A stretch of 64,000 nucleotides of DNA from Verrucomicrobiota bacterium (GCA_003164675.1 PLTX01000059.1:12428-76427), one strand, 5' to 3'. Shown: positions 29,846 through 40,973, counted from the stretch's first letter. The notes: generated from the sequence alone by a model not told the origin. Made by a program: numbers and translations.

Positions 29846-30766
29846 TCAACTCAGCCGCGCGAAAGTTTTCTGCAACAATTCCACAGGCGTGGCATTCTCC
29901 GACTTTGCCTTCGCGTCGGCAATCAGCCTGGCTTCGAGCGCGTTCTTGGTGGGCCGCTGGACATTGTAGAACACGCCAAAATAGCCCGGGAAGTCCGCCA
30001 TCGCCAGTTTGTAGGCGGCAACCTCATCGGTTGCATCATGTTCGGCCGGCACGAGATTGAACACGCCGCCCTTGCGCGGGTTGGCGGCATCGAACGCGCC
30101 GGGATAAAACTCCGTGCATTCACTCAAACACTCGACGACCGAGAACCCATCGTGCTGCATGGCCTTCTCCATCATTTCCATCACGTGATTCGGCAGGTGC
30201 GAGTGGGAACGAGCGATGAACGTCGCGCCCGCCGCGATGAGCTGTTTCATCGGGTTAATCGGATGATCGATGGCGCCCGTCGGGTCGGTTTTGGACTTGA
30301 ATCCCAAGGGCGACGTAGGGGACGTCTGCTTCTTGGTCAGTCCGTACACGAAATTGTCCATGATGACATAGGTCATCTTGACGTTTTTGCGGGCGGCATG
30401 GGTCAGGTGGTTGCCCCCAATGGAAAAGGCGTCGCCGTCGCCGCCGAACACAAAGACGTGCAGGTCGGGCCGCATGAGCGACACGCCTGTGGCAAACGCC
30501 GCCGCGCGTCCGTGGAGAAAATGCACGCCGTACGCGTTCACAAAGTACGGGAACCGCGACGAGCAGCCGATTCCGGCAATGCTCGTGATCTTCTCATGCG
30601 GTACCTGCAGCTTCTCCATCATCTTGAAATAAATGGAGAGGATGCTGAAGTCGCCACAACCGGGACACCACGTTGGATGGTCCGCAACGAGGTCTTTCTT
30701 CGTGTATTTGGGACGATCGGTCAGTCTGATTTCTTTGACTTCCAAATTTTCTGCTTCCACAATCAT
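29846..30766 (-). CDS. korB: 2-oxoacid:ferredoxin oxidoreductase beta subunit (TPP-binding)
   Basis: WCPGCGDF and GGDGD TPP motifs. Immediately downstream of the alpha subunit. Confidence 0.85.
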   Translation of the reverse strand: MIVEAENLEVKEIRLTDRPKYTKKDLVADHPTWCPGCGDFSILSIYFKMMEKLQVPHEKITSIAGIGCSSRFPYFVNAYGVHFLHGRAAAFATGVSLMRPDLHVFVFGGDGDAFSIGGNHLTHAARKNVKMTYVIMDNFVYGLTKKQTSPTSPLGFKSKTDPTGAIDHPINPMKQLIAAGATFIARSHSHLPNHVMEMMEKAMQHDGFSVVECLSECTEFYPGAFDAANPRKGGVFNLVPAEHDATDEVAAYKLAMADFPGYFGVFYNVQRPTKNALEARLIADAKAKSENATPVELLQKTFARLS

Positions 30767-30785
30767 TTGGGTTCCTTCAGGAAAA

Positions 30786-32633
30786 TCAGGCGTGCGTCAG
30801 GGCAGGCCCGGGAGTCTTCTTAAGTCTCTCGTTCATGCCATTCAAAATTTCGCGGATTTTGAACGGCAAGCCATCGGTCTTATTGATTCCGACGATCTTG
30901 TCGTTGCAGAATCGCGCTCGGAGGACGCCGGCCAGTTGGCCATAGCCATAGGGCCCCTCGTCGTTGAGCTCCACTACGAAAATGTGATTGAACCCGTCCA
31001 TAATCTCGCTGATGCCGGGTTGCAGGGGTTGGATGTACCGAATGTTCAGCCCGCTGACGCTTTCGCCCTCGGCACGCGCTTTGTCCACCGCTTCGCGGAC
31101 CGGACCGTGCGACGATCCCCAGCTGACCAACAGGACGTTACCCTCGGGTGGACCATAGGTCTCGGCCTTTGGCAAGCGAGACGCCAACACCTGAAGCTTG
31201 CGGCGGCGCTTGGCCACCATCATCACGTGGTTGGCGGGACGGCTGGCAGGATGACCGGTCTCGTCATGCTCCAAACCGGTCACCACGGGGTACTTGCCAT
31301 CGAGCATCGGTGTCCCCGGCGGAGCGTGATGGGCGATGCCGTCGACGGTGTTCTGGTACGCTTTGTAATTCGGCCCTCGCGGCGCGAAGTCCGGAGTCAG
31401 GTCCTGCATCAATTTCGCGATGTCGGGCATCTCCCATGTTTCGACTCGTGTCGCCAACGCCTGGTCGGTCAGAACAATCGCCGGGCAACTGTATTCGCGC
31501 GCGAGTTTCGCCGCCTCCAGCGTGACGTAGAAGCAGTCTTCCACGGACGAGGGCGCCAGCACGATGCGCGGGGAATCTCCGTGTCCACCAAAACAGGCGA
31601 TGTTGAGGTCGCTCTGCTCGACGTTGGTCGGCAGACCGGTGCTCGGACCACCACGCTGGACATCGATGATGACAATCGGCATTTCGGCCATGACGGCCCA
31701 ACCCAGCGCTTCGGTCTTGAGGGAGAGTCCGGGGCCGGAGGTTCCCGTGAGTGATAGATGCCCCGAATACGACGCACCGCAAGCGATCGCAATGGCGGCC
31801 AGTTCGTCTTCCGCCTGGACAAAGATTCCGCCGTACTTGGGCAATTCCGCCCGCAGGATCTCCATGACGCTGGACCATGGTGTGATCGGATATCCCGCGC
31901 CAAAGCGGATGCCGGCAGCCAGTGCCCCGTAGGCGATGGCCTGGTTTCCGTCGGTGACAACTTGTTTGCGGGCAGTCTTGTTTGTCGAAGGGACAAATTT
32001 AAAAGTGTCTGTGAGCCGGCCGATGTCGTAGCCGTAGCCCGCGTTGAACGCGCCGATGACGTTGCGGATGACATCGTCGCCCTTGCTCTTGTAGTAGGCT
32101 TGCAGCATTGATTCGAGCTTGGGCACATCCAGGTCATACATGCGCGCCAGCAACCCGAGCACGAACATGTTTTTGCCTTTATCTTTCGCGGTGCCACCAA
32201 TGGCCTCAACGGTTTGTCCCGTGATGTGTACGCCGACCGACCGGTACCGCTTCTGGTTTTCGTCGGGCTTGACGTTGTCCGAGTCGTAAATCAGGATGCC
32301 GCCGTCGCGGAGGGTGTTAATGTGGTCGTTGTACGAATGCTGGTAGAACGCAACGAGAATATCCACGTCATCGCCCGCGCTCAGGACTTCTCCCGTGCCG
32401 AGACGTACCTGATAAATGCTGGGGCCACCCGAAATCGTCGACGGGATCGTCATGTACGTCATGACGTCCTTGTCGGTGCGGCCAGCCAACCGCGCCAAAA
32501 AGCTGCCAATGGCCTGAATGCCGTCCTGCGAGTTCCCCGCCAGCCGAATTACGGCGTCTTGAATTCTCCGTCCACGCTGGGGCTGTTGGCCGCCAGACGA
32601 GGCCGAAGCATCTGCAACCTTTTGATCAATCAT
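30786..32633 (-). CDS. korA: 2-oxoacid:ferredoxin oxidoreductase alpha subunit
   Basis: 615-aa KorA/PorA-like protein with pyruvate-flavodoxin-oxidoreductase and transketolase-like domains. Confidence 0.85.
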   Translation of the reverse strand: MIDQKVADASASSGGQQPQRGRRIQDAVIRLAGNSQDGIQAIGSFLARLAGRTDKDVMTYMTIPSTISGGPSIYQVRLGTGEVLSAGDDVDILVAFYQHSYNDHINTLRDGGILIYDSDNVKPDENQKRYRSVGVHITGQTVEAIGGTAKDKGKNMFVLGLLARMYDLDVPKLESMLQAYYKSKGDDVIRNVIGAFNAGYGYDIGRLTDTFKFVPSTNKTARKQVVTDGNQAIAYGALAAGIRFGAGYPITPWSSVMEILRAELPKYGGIFVQAEDELAAIAIACGASYSGHLSLTGTSGPGLSLKTEALGWAVMAEMPIVIIDVQRGGPSTGLPTNVEQSDLNIACFGGHGDSPRIVLAPSSVEDCFYVTLEAAKLAREYSCPAIVLTDQALATRVETWEMPDIAKLMQDLTPDFAPRGPNYKAYQNTVDGIAHHAPPGTPMLDGKYPVVTGLEHDETGHPASRPANHVMMVAKRRRKLQVLASRLPKAETYGPPEGNVLLVSWGSSHGPVREAVDKARAEGESVSGLNIRYIQPLQPGISEIMDGFNHIFVVELNDEGPYGYGQLAGVLRARFCNDKIVGINKTDGLPFKIREILNGMNERLKKTPGPALTHA

Positions 32634-32824
32634 TTCCTGTCTTTTCCTTCAAAAGGGGTTCCTCTCCAGAGGGAGCCACCCGAGAACACGTCGCCACAAA
32701 TAGAATATAGTAACAGAGAGCTTCTCCCTGTCAACCACCCGACCGAGCCCGAATTTGGAAAAGCAATTGACCGGATGGCTGGCATGCGATATTTTCCCAA
32801 TGGTGGTAACCCTCAAAATTAGCC

Positions 32825-34231
32825 ATGGCTGAGAAAAATAGCGCGAACATCAATCAACTCGCCAACGACTTCTACCAGAAGGCGATTCAGGCGGTGGAAC
32901 GTGGCAATCTCGACTATGCGATCGAGATGTTCATCCAGTGCCTGAATATCGAGCCGGGCTACGCCAAGGCGCGCCGGAACCTGCGGGCCACACAAATGAA
33001 GAAGACCGAGTCCGTGGGTGGCTTCAAGCGCATGCTGGTGGGCACGAAGCTTCAGCCGCTCCTGGCAAAGGCCAAAATGTCTGTGCAAAAGAATCCCACG
33101 GAAGCGATGACGCTCGCGGAACAGGCGTTGACGGAAGATCCCAGGAATGGCCAGGCCCTGATGACTCTCGCCGAAGCAGCCGAAGTCGCCCAGCTTCCGG
33201 AGACGGTTGTTCAAACACTCGAGACATACACCCGGCTCCATCCCAAAGACATCAAGGCCCTGCACTGGCTGGCGCGCTCGTATATCGCGACGGGTCAGCA
33301 CGATCTGGCCCGCGAAACCTATGATCACCTGCTCAAGATCAATCCGAACGATTTCGAAGCGCAACAGGGCGCCAAGGATGCCACGGCCAAAGGCGCGATG
33401 TCCGGTGGCGGTTGGGAAGGCGATGGATCCTACCGCGACGCCCTCAAGGACAAGGACGAATCCGTTGCATTGGAGCAAGAATCTCGTATGGTCCGCGCCG
33501 AGGATATGGTCGCCAACCTCATCAAGGAGAAGCTCGAGGCCCTGTCCAAGGACCCGGAGAACCCGGTGATCCAACGTGAACTCGGCAAGCTCTACGCCCA
33601 GAAGGAAAACTTTGACGAAGCCCTCCGCTACCTCGATGCCCTGTTCGCGAAGGAAGGCGGAACGGATCCGTCCCTCGAACGTGAGATTGGCGATATCAAG
33701 ATCAAGCGCCTCGAATCACGGATTGACGCCAAGAAGAAACAGCTGCAAACCAACCCGGCCAATGCCGCGGCGCTTCAAAACGAAATTACCACGATCGAGG
33801 CCGAGTTGGACAAGCTCAAGCTCTTCGAAGCCGAGCGCCTCGTGGAACGCTATCCCAACGACCTGATGTACCGTTACGATCTGGGTGTGTTGTATATGAA
33901 GGCTGGCAACGTCGACGGCGCTGTCGAGCAACTGCAAAAATCTCGCGGCCAACCCCAGCGCCGTGTTGCGTCCCTCAATCTCCTCGGCCAGTGCTACCAA
34001 CAAATGGGCCTCCATGACATGGCGATTGAGACCTTCAATGAGGCCATCAATGAACTCCCGATCATGGACGGGCTGAAGAAGGAGTTGCTGTACAACTTGG
34101 GTTGCGCGTACGAGCTCATGAACGATCACGACAAGGCCACTGCTGCGTTCAAGGAGATTGCCAAGGTCGATTTCGGTTATCGCGACGTGCGTGCGAAGAT
34201 CATGCGCAAGGCCGCGCCCAAGCCTTCGTAG
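32825..34231 (+). CDS. TPR-repeat protein (soluble)
   Basis: Multiple 34-aa TPR units. No TM segments. Confidence 0.7.
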   Translation: MAEKNSANINQLANDFYQKAIQAVERGNLDYAIEMFIQCLNIEPGYAKARRNLRATQMKKTESVGGFKRMLVGTKLQPLLAKAKMSVQKNPTEAMTLAEQALTEDPRNGQALMTLAEAAEVAQLPETVVQTLETYTRLHPKDIKALHWLARSYIATGQHDLARETYDHLLKINPNDFEAQQGAKDATAKGAMSGGGWEGDGSYRDALKDKDESVALEQESRMVRAEDMVANLIKEKLEALSKDPENPVIQRELGKLYAQKENFDEALRYLDALFAKEGGTDPSLEREIGDIKIKRLESRIDAKKKQLQTNPANAAALQNEITTIEAELDKLKLFEAERLVERYPNDLMYRYDLGVLYMKAGNVDGAVEQLQKSRGQPQRRVASLNLLGQCYQQMGLHDMAIETFNEAINELPIMDGLKKELLYNLGCAYELMNDHDKATAAFKEIAKVDFGYRDVRAKIMRKAAPKPS

Positions 34232-34291
34232 GGTGGTCGACTGGCGCCGCCCGTCGCAGCCTGTCGAGCAGCGCGCGCAGAGGTCCCCGGC

Positions 34292-35677
34292 TCACTGCAA
34301 CACCAACTCGCGCGGCGTCTTTGCCCTCGTTCCTTTCGCAAAGCCGAGCCGGTCCAGCGCTTCACCTACCAGGAACAGCGATCCCGCAATGGCGATCGTT
34401 TCCGCGCTCTCGATGCGGGCCTGCGCGTACGCAGTGGAAAGATTTCCCTCGACGGTGATCCGCGCGGCGGGGTTCGCCGACTTGCACCAGCGCGCCAACT
34501 GGTCAGGCTCGCTGGACCGTTCGCTGTTGACAGGCACGCACAACACCCGCACGGCAAGCGGGGCGAGGATCTGGCACATCTGATCGTAGTTCTTGTCCCG
34601 CAGCACGCCGAGGATCAACGTCAGCTTCCGCCCTGCGAAATGTTCGCGCAACGTCGCCGCAAGCCGTTCGGCGGCGGCCGCGTTGTGGGCGCCGTCCAGT
34701 ACCACCGTCGGGTTATGGTGCACAATCTGAAACCGTCCCGGCCACGCGGTGCGCGTCAGGCCTTCATGCACTTGCTTCGCCGAGACCGGCAATCCCGACG
34801 CCTCGAGAGCCGCGACGGCTGTTGCGCAATTAATTGTTTGATGTGCACCGAGCAACGGGATCGTGAGCGGACCGTAGCCCCGGCGTGTGCCCGTCAACTC
34901 CACGCGTTGGCACTGCTCGTCTTCAGTCAGCCGCGTCGCGCCAATGTCCCGTCCCACCACCGTCAGCGTGCTGCCCTGTGCCGCCGCGGTGTTTTGGATC
35001 ACCTGCAGTGCTTCTTCGGCCGCCGACGCCGTGACCACCGGCACACCGGGCTTGATGATGCCGCATTTCTCGCCGGCGATCTGCGCCAGTGTTTCGCCCA
35101 GATACTGCGTATGATCGAAGGCGATATTGGTGACCACCGAAACCAGCGGCACGATCACGTTCGTCGCGTCGAGCCGCCCGCCTAGCCCCGTTTCCCACAC
35201 CACCACGTCCACTTTCTGCTCCGCGAAATACCGGACCGCGATGCCTGTCACCGTCTCGAAAAACGTCGGCGCGTGAAACTCCGCGTTGACGCCCACTCCT
35301 TCCAGCACCGGCTTGATCTCCTCGACCAGCCGCACCACGTCGGATTCGGGAATCGGCTGGCCGTTGACCTGAAATCGCTCGCAGAACGACACGAGATGCG
35401 GCGACGTGTACAGGCCCGTCTTGTAACCCGCCGCGGACAGAACCGCGCTCAGCATCGCCGCGACGCTCCCCTTCCCGTTCGTGCCCGCGATATGGATGAA
35501 CCGTAGCGATTTCTGCGGATCACCCATCAGGCGCAACAAATACTGCATCGTCTCCAAGCCGAGTTTCTGGCCGAAAAGCCGGATGCCGTACAGGTATTCA
35601 ATGGTCTCGGGATATGTCAAAGCCAGCGCCCTAAAAGTTGTCGGCGGCGCGCCCCATGCGGCGTTCTCTCGGCGCAT
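34292..35677 (-). CDS. folC: Bifunctional folylpolyglutamate synthase / dihydrofolate synthase
   Basis: P-loop GTNGKGS, Mur-ligase middle and C-terminal domains. Conserved accD-folC pairing. Confidence 0.9.
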   Translation of the reverse strand: MRRENAAWGAPPTTFRALALTYPETIEYLYGIRLFGQKLGLETMQYLLRLMGDPQKSLRFIHIAGTNGKGSVAAMLSAVLSAAGYKTGLYTSPHLVSFCERFQVNGQPIPESDVVRLVEEIKPVLEGVGVNAEFHAPTFFETVTGIAVRYFAEQKVDVVVWETGLGGRLDATNVIVPLVSVVTNIAFDHTQYLGETLAQIAGEKCGIIKPGVPVVTASAAEEALQVIQNTAAAQGSTLTVVGRDIGATRLTEDEQCQRVELTGTRRGYGPLTIPLLGAHQTINCATAVAALEASGLPVSAKQVHEGLTRTAWPGRFQIVHHNPTVVLDGAHNAAAAERLAATLREHFAGRKLTLILGVLRDKNYDQMCQILAPLAVRVLCVPVNSERSSEPDQLARWCKSANPAARITVEGNLSTAYAQARIESAETIAIAGSLFLVGEALDRLGFAKGTRAKTPRELVLQ

Positions 35678-35684
35678 TCCGACG

Positions 35685-36557
35685 CTAATCCGCGGCCTTG
35701 AACTTGCGGCCGCTACGCCCCGAAAAATACTTCAGCAGTTGCGCCAGCGTTTGCTTGAGTTGCTTCCGATGCACGATGAGATCGACCAGCCCGCGCTCGC
35801 GCAGAAATTCACTGGTCTGGAACCCCTCGGGCAACTCCTGTTGCGTCGTCTCCTTGATCACGCGCGGACCCGCAAACCCGATCAACGCCTTCGGTTCGGC
35901 GATGATCACGTCCCCGAGCGAGCCGTAGCTGGCCATCACGCCCGCCGTGGTCGGATGCGTCAGCACCGAGATGTAGGGCAACCCCGCTTTCGCGTGCAAC
36001 GCCAGCGCCCCACTGGTCTTGGCCAGTTGCATGAGGCTCAGAATCCCCTCGTACATCCGCGCCCCGCCCGACGCCGAGACGATGATCACCGGAATCTTCA
36101 GCTCCGTCGCCTTCTCGATGGCCCGGGTGATCTTTTCGCCGACCACCGACCCCATGCTTGCGCCCAGAAAACTGAAATCCATCACCGCCAGCGACACGTC
36201 GTGGCCGTCGAGCTTGGCGAGCCCGATCATCACCGCGTCGTTCATGCCCGTTTGCCGGTGATACGTGCGCAACCGCTCCGAATACGCCGCCACGCCCGTG
36301 AATTTGAGCACGTCCACGCTCGCCAAATCGGCATCGACTTCGCGGAACGTCCCCTCATCCGCCAGCATCGCCACGCGTTCGGCAGCGGTCATCGTGAAGT
36401 GGTAATCGCATTTCGCGCAGACCTTCGCATTCGCTCTGAGTTCCTTGGTATAGATGATCTCGCCGCATTGCTTGCACTTCACCCACAAGCCGCTCGGGAT
36501 CTCGTGCTTCTTCGTCTTGGTCTCGGAAATCTTCGGCTTTTCTTCGAATACCGCCAT
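35685..36557 (-). CDS. accD: Acetyl-CoA carboxylase carboxyltransferase beta subunit
   Basis: N-terminal Zn-ribbon CKQCGEIIY...CAKCDYH and carboxyltransferase domain. Confidence 0.95.
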   Translation of the reverse strand: MAVFEEKPKISETKTKKHEIPSGLWVKCKQCGEIIYTKELRANAKVCAKCDYHFTMTAAERVAMLADEGTFREVDADLASVDVLKFTGVAAYSERLRTYHRQTGMNDAVMIGLAKLDGHDVSLAVMDFSFLGASMGSVVGEKITRAIEKATELKIPVIIVSASGGARMYEGILSLMQLAKTSGALALHAKAGLPYISVLTHPTTAGVMASYGSLGDVIIAEPKALIGFAGPRVIKETTQQELPEGFQTSEFLRERGLVDLIVHRKQLKQTLAQLLKYFSGRSGRKFKAAD

Positions 36558-36767
36558 GATTATCTTCCTCGCGCGACGGCGACCGCCGTGACCTCCCTGG
36601 GCCCCGCCAACCCCAGAATCTTACCATACCCATCCCCGGTTGCGCCAGCCGGAAAGCCGAGCGGCGATTAGCCGCGAGACGCGCCGCGTGTGTGCTGACG
36701 ACGCAAATGCCGCTGGCAGGCGTCGCGATCCTTGTCTGGCCCCGCATGAAATCCTATAATTGCCTCG

Positions 36768-39020
36768 ATGACCGGACGGAAGGCAACCGATAACGCGCCG
36801 CTGCCGCAGGCTGTGGAGTCGCTTTCGATCAGGAACACCTGCTTGACGCAGAGGCCCTGGCTCTTGGCGTTGATCTTGGTGGTCGTCACGTTCGTGGCCT
36901 ACCAGCCGGCCTGGCACGCTGGCTTCATCTGGGATGATGACGATCATCTGACCGCCAATCCCGCCATGACCGCGCCCGATGGGCTGCGCATGATTTGGTC
37001 GTCGTTGGCCGTATCGCGGTACTATCCCCTGACGCTGACCAGTTTCTGGGTTCAACGCCGGTTATGGGGACTGAATCCCCTGCCGTATCACCTGGTCAAC
37101 ATCGCGCTAAATGCGATCAACGGCCTCATGGTGTTCTTGGTGCTGCGTCGCCTGCGCGTGACGGCGGCGTGGTTGGCGGCGGCGGTTTGGGTGTTGCATC
37201 CGGTGAATGTCGAGTCGGTCGCCTGGATTACCGAACTGAAGAATACCCAATCCGGCTTCTTCTTCCTCGGCGCGCTGCTGTGTTTCCTGCGGTTTGAAGC
37301 GAAGGGTCAGCCTCGCTGGTATGTGCTGGCCCTGCTGTGCGGCGCCTGCGCCCTCTTAAGCAAAGCCTCGACCGTGGTGCTCCCATTCGCGCTCCTGCTG
37401 TGCGTCTGGTGGGAACGCGGAAGCTGGCGACTCCGGGACATCGGGCGCATTGTGCCGTTCTTTGTTCTGGCTTTGCCCATGTCGGTGTTGGCGATGGTCG
37501 AGCAGCGAGGACACATCGCGCGTCAAGGCACAACCGAATGGTCGCTGGGGATTGGGCAACGGTTCATCGTCGCCGGCAAAGCAATCTGGTTCTACCTCGG
37601 TAAGGTTGTCTGGCCGGTAAACCTGGCCTTTGTATATCCGCGCTGGGAGGTGGCGACGGATTCAGCCGGCTCGTACCTGCCGCTGGCGGGGGTGCTGGCT
37701 GGGGGTGTCATCTTGTGGACGTTGCGACGGCAGCCATGGGCGCGAGCGGGTCTCTTTGGATTTGGTTTTTTTGTGGTGGCGCTGTTGCCGGTGCTCGGAT
37801 TCGTCGACGTGTTCTATTTTCGCTACTCCTTTGTCGCGGATCATTTCCAGTATCTGGCGAGTCTGGGCGTTATCGCGTGCGCCACGAGCGGGATCACATA
37901 TGCCGTAGATCGCAGCAGATCGTCATCGGCACGGGTGGGGAACATCATTTATCCGGCGCTGCTGGTGACGCTGGCCGGGCTGACGTGGAGGCAGAATCAG
38001 ATTTACCACGACCCGGAAACACTCTGGCGCGATACGCTGGCCAAGAATCCCAACGCCTGGATGGTGCATTACAATCTGGGGGAAGCCTTGTGGCAGGCGG
38101 GCCGGCGCGAGGAGTCCATCACGCAGTACGAGCAGGCGTTGGAACTCAACCCCGATTATGCCGAGGCGCATTTCAACCTGGGCTTTGCCCTGGTGCAATT
38201 GGGCAAGGTTCCGGAGGGCATCGGGCAGTACGAGCAGGCACTGCGGATCAACCCCGATTATGCCGAAGCCCACTACAATCTCGGGGACGTGCTGTGGCGA
38301 ACAGGCCAGATCGAGGGGGCCATCAGGGAGTACGAGCAGGCGCTGCGGGTCAAACCCGATTATGCCAAAGCACACAATAACCTCGGGGTTGCCCTGGTAC
38401 GCCTGGGCCGGTTCCGGGAGGCGATTGGACATTACCAGCAGGTGGTACGACTCACCCCGGGTCAGCCGGCGGCGCATTTCAACCTCGGAACGGCTCTACT
38501 GCAGGTCGGCAAGCCGTCAGATGCGGCGGCGCAATTCACGGAGACGTTGCAACTCAAACCCGATGATGCCGCGGCGCACTGCAATTTGGGAAGCGCCCTG
38601 CTCCAACTGGGCCGGGTTCCGGAAGCGATCGAACAATTCCAGGAAACGTTGCGCCTTCAGCCGGATTACCCGGATGCGCATTTCAATTTGGGAAATGCTT
38701 TGGCGGCATCCGGCAAACTGACCGACGCCCGGGATCAGTACGAGCAGGCCTTGCGCCGCAAGCCCAACGACGCCGAGGCGCACAACGATCTGGGCCTCGT
38801 CCTTTTCCAACTCGGCAAGGTCGCGGACGCGAAAGCCCAGTACGAAGCTGCGTTACGCATCAATTCCGATTGTGTCGATGCGCACTACAATCTGGGGATC
38901 GCCTTGGAACAAACAGGCGAAGTCCGCGAGGCGATGGGACACTACGAGCAGGCGCTCCGGATCAAGCCCGACCTCGCCAAAGTGCGGAACGCGCTCACCC
39001 GACTCCAAGCTCGACAGTAA
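36768..39020 (+). CDS. TMTC-like membrane protein (DUF1736/PMT_2-like N-terminal domain) with ~9 C-terminal TPR repeats
   Basis: Paralog of the 523-2559 gene (shared YQPAWHAGFIWDDDDHL and AWITELKNTQS motifs). Highly regular 102-bp TPR periodicity from ~38100 to ~38990. Confidence 0.8.
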   Translation: MTGRKATDNAPLPQAVESLSIRNTCLTQRPWLLALILVVVTFVAYQPAWHAGFIWDDDDHLTANPAMTAPDGLRMIWSSLAVSRYYPLTLTSFWVQRRLWGLNPLPYHLVNIALNAINGLMVFLVLRRLRVTAAWLAAAVWVLHPVNVESVAWITELKNTQSGFFFLGALLCFLRFEAKGQPRWYVLALLCGACALLSKASTVVLPFALLLCVWWERGSWRLRDIGRIVPFFVLALPMSVLAMVEQRGHIARQGTTEWSLGIGQRFIVAGKAIWFYLGKVVWPVNLAFVYPRWEVATDSAGSYLPLAGVLAGGVILWTLRRQPWARAGLFGFGFFVVALLPVLGFVDVFYFRYSFVADHFQYLASLGVIACATSGITYAVDRSRSSSARVGNIIYPALLVTLAGLTWRQNQIYHDPETLWRDTLAKNPNAWMVHYNLGEALWQAGRREESITQYEQALELNPDYAEAHFNLGFALVQLGKVPEGIGQYEQALRINPDYAEAHYNLGDVLWRTGQIEGAIREYEQALRVKPDYAKAHNNLGVALVRLGRFREAIGHYQQVVRLTPGQPAAHFNLGTALLQVGKPSDAAAQFTETLQLKPDDAAAHCNLGSALLQLGRVPEAIEQFQETLRLQPDYPDAHFNLGNALAASGKLTDARDQYEQALRRKPNDAEAHNDLGLVLFQLGKVADAKAQYEAALRINSDCVDAHYNLGIALEQTGEVREAMGHYEQALRIKPDLAKVRNALTRLQARQ

Positions 39021-39316
39021 ACCGGGTCCGACGGAGCCGAACCGAAGGTGAGACGCGCCGAATGTTTTCCGACGGCGCAACTTGTATGATTCTTTCGCAT
39101 AAAAAGTGGGGCGCGACCGCCATGCGCGTCGTTCTGCGGAATTTTACACACCTTTTACTTAACAGATCTCCAAACTGCCGTACACTCGTCTCGTGTGCCA
39201 GAGAACACACAGGAGGAGATCATGAATCTGCGGACCGCACTGTTTCTGGTCGGTTTACCCTATACACCTGACGGGGTACGCCCAGCCATCACCCCGTGTA
39301 AGGTTGGGAGTCGAAT

Positions 39317-40945
39317 ATGAAAGCGAAGTCGGATCTCTGTCTGGGTGGTCTGGCCAAAGCACTCTCCCGAGGACTCGTCTTAATTGTCTGTTTCTTCTTC
39401 GGCAACGCTCGCATATACCCCGACACGTTATACGTGTCAGACTTTGCCAATAATGCGATTGAGAGATTCGATTCAAGTGGAAATGGGGAAGTATTTGCGA
39501 ATACAGATTTGGACGGGCCTCTGGGCATTGCCTTTGACAGCAGCGGTAATCTCTATGTAGCGAACCAGAACAACAACACGATTGTGAGGTTCGACACCGG
39601 CGGAAACGGGACGGTTTTTGCAAACGCCAACTCCGGTCTGGACATTCCTCACGGCCTCGCGTTTGACACGAACGGCAATCTCTATGTGTCGAATGTGGGC
39701 AACAGCACAATTGTTAAGCTCGACGCGAACGGAAATGGGACGGTCTTCAGCACAGCGGGCTTGAACGTGCCTAGTGGACTCGCGTTCGATAGCAGTGGCA
39801 ATCTCTACGCTGCGAATTGGGGTGACAGCACAGTTGTGAGATTTGATTCGAGCGGAAACGAGTCCCTCTTCGCTACGGGCTTAGACTACCCGCAGGGACT
39901 TGCGTTTGACAGCAGCGGGAATCTTTTCGCCGTGAACTATGGCGATAATGGACCCATCGGGCACGCCACCGTTGAGAAGTTTGCCCCAGATGGAACGAGC
40001 TCACTGTTCGCCAACTCCTACATGTATAGGCCCGCAGACTTAGCCTTCGATAGCGGAGGCAATCTCTATGTGGCCAGCACTGGCAACTCTCGGATTGTGA
40101 AATTCGATTCGACTGGAAACGCGTTTGTGTTCGCAGATCAGAGCTCGGGCGTCCCCTACACCTTCTTCCCCTACGGCATCGCTGTACAGGTTCCAAAGCC
40201 CACAATTACGCTACTCGGGGACAATCCGCTCACAAACGAGTGCCACACGGCCTTCACCGACCCAGGTGCCACAGCGTCGGAAGACGGAACTGACTTGAGC
40301 AGCAACATTGTCGTGAGTGGGACGATGGACGCCAATATGCCCGGTACTTACACCCTGACCTACACTGTCGTGGATGCGTTGGGCAACCGAGCCACGGCCA
40401 CCCGGACCATTATTGTGGTGGATACCACGCCGCCCGTCATTACCTGCCCGGCCAACATCGTGGTGAGCGCGGTTTTTCCAAAAGGTGTGTTTGTCAGTTT
40501 TGTGGTCACCGCAACCGATGAATGCTCGACCGCCACCGTCACCAGCACGCCGTCCAGTGGCAGCTTGTTTGCCATTGGCGACACGACAGTCACATGCACC
40601 GCGATCGACGGCTCAGGCAACCAATCTGCATGTCATTTCAACGTGCACGTCAAAGGCGCGGCGGAACAGATCAATGACCTCATCGCTCTGGTACGCGCCC
40701 TCAATCTCAAGCCGTGGACGACGTATGTCCTCACCGCCGAGCTCCAATCCGCTTCCAACGCGTTGCGCCGGGGTAACACCCGCGCCGCCTGCATCGACCT
40801 CGACGTCTTCATTTTTGAAGTGGATGTGCAGACATGGTGGGGACAGATCTGGCCCCCATCACGGGCCCGCCTCTTGGTTCGTCAAGCCCAACGCATCCAG
40901 AACGTCTTGGGTTGCGACCACTGGTTCGGTCCCGGCCATTATTGA
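39317..40945 (+). CDS. Secreted NHL-type beta-propeller repeat protein with C-terminal Ig-like/HYR domains
   Basis: Signal-peptide-like N-terminus. About 6 tandem ~44-aa units (SSGNLYVAN...TIVRFD). PPVITCP...TATDECS...VTCTAIDGSGN HYR-like module. Confidence 0.75.
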   Translation: MKAKSDLCLGGLAKALSRGLVLIVCFFFGNARIYPDTLYVSDFANNAIERFDSSGNGEVFANTDLDGPLGIAFDSSGNLYVANQNNNTIVRFDTGGNGTVFANANSGLDIPHGLAFDTNGNLYVSNVGNSTIVKLDANGNGTVFSTAGLNVPSGLAFDSSGNLYAANWGDSTVVRFDSSGNESLFATGLDYPQGLAFDSSGNLFAVNYGDNGPIGHATVEKFAPDGTSSLFANSYMYRPADLAFDSGGNLYVASTGNSRIVKFDSTGNAFVFADQSSGVPYTFFPYGIAVQVPKPTITLLGDNPLTNECHTAFTDPGATASEDGTDLSSNIVVSGTMDANMPGTYTLTYTVVDALGNRATATRTIIVVDTTPPVITCPANIVVSAVFPKGVFVSFVVTATDECSTATVTSTPSSGSLFAIGDTTVTCTAIDGSGNQSACHFNVHVKGAAEQINDLIALVRALNLKPWTTYVLTAELQSASNALRRGNTRAACIDLDVFIFEVDVQTWWGQIWPPSRARLLVRQAQRIQNVLGCDHWFGPGHY

Positions 40946-40973
40946 GTTTTCGCTCCTGCACGCCCTGCGGGGG

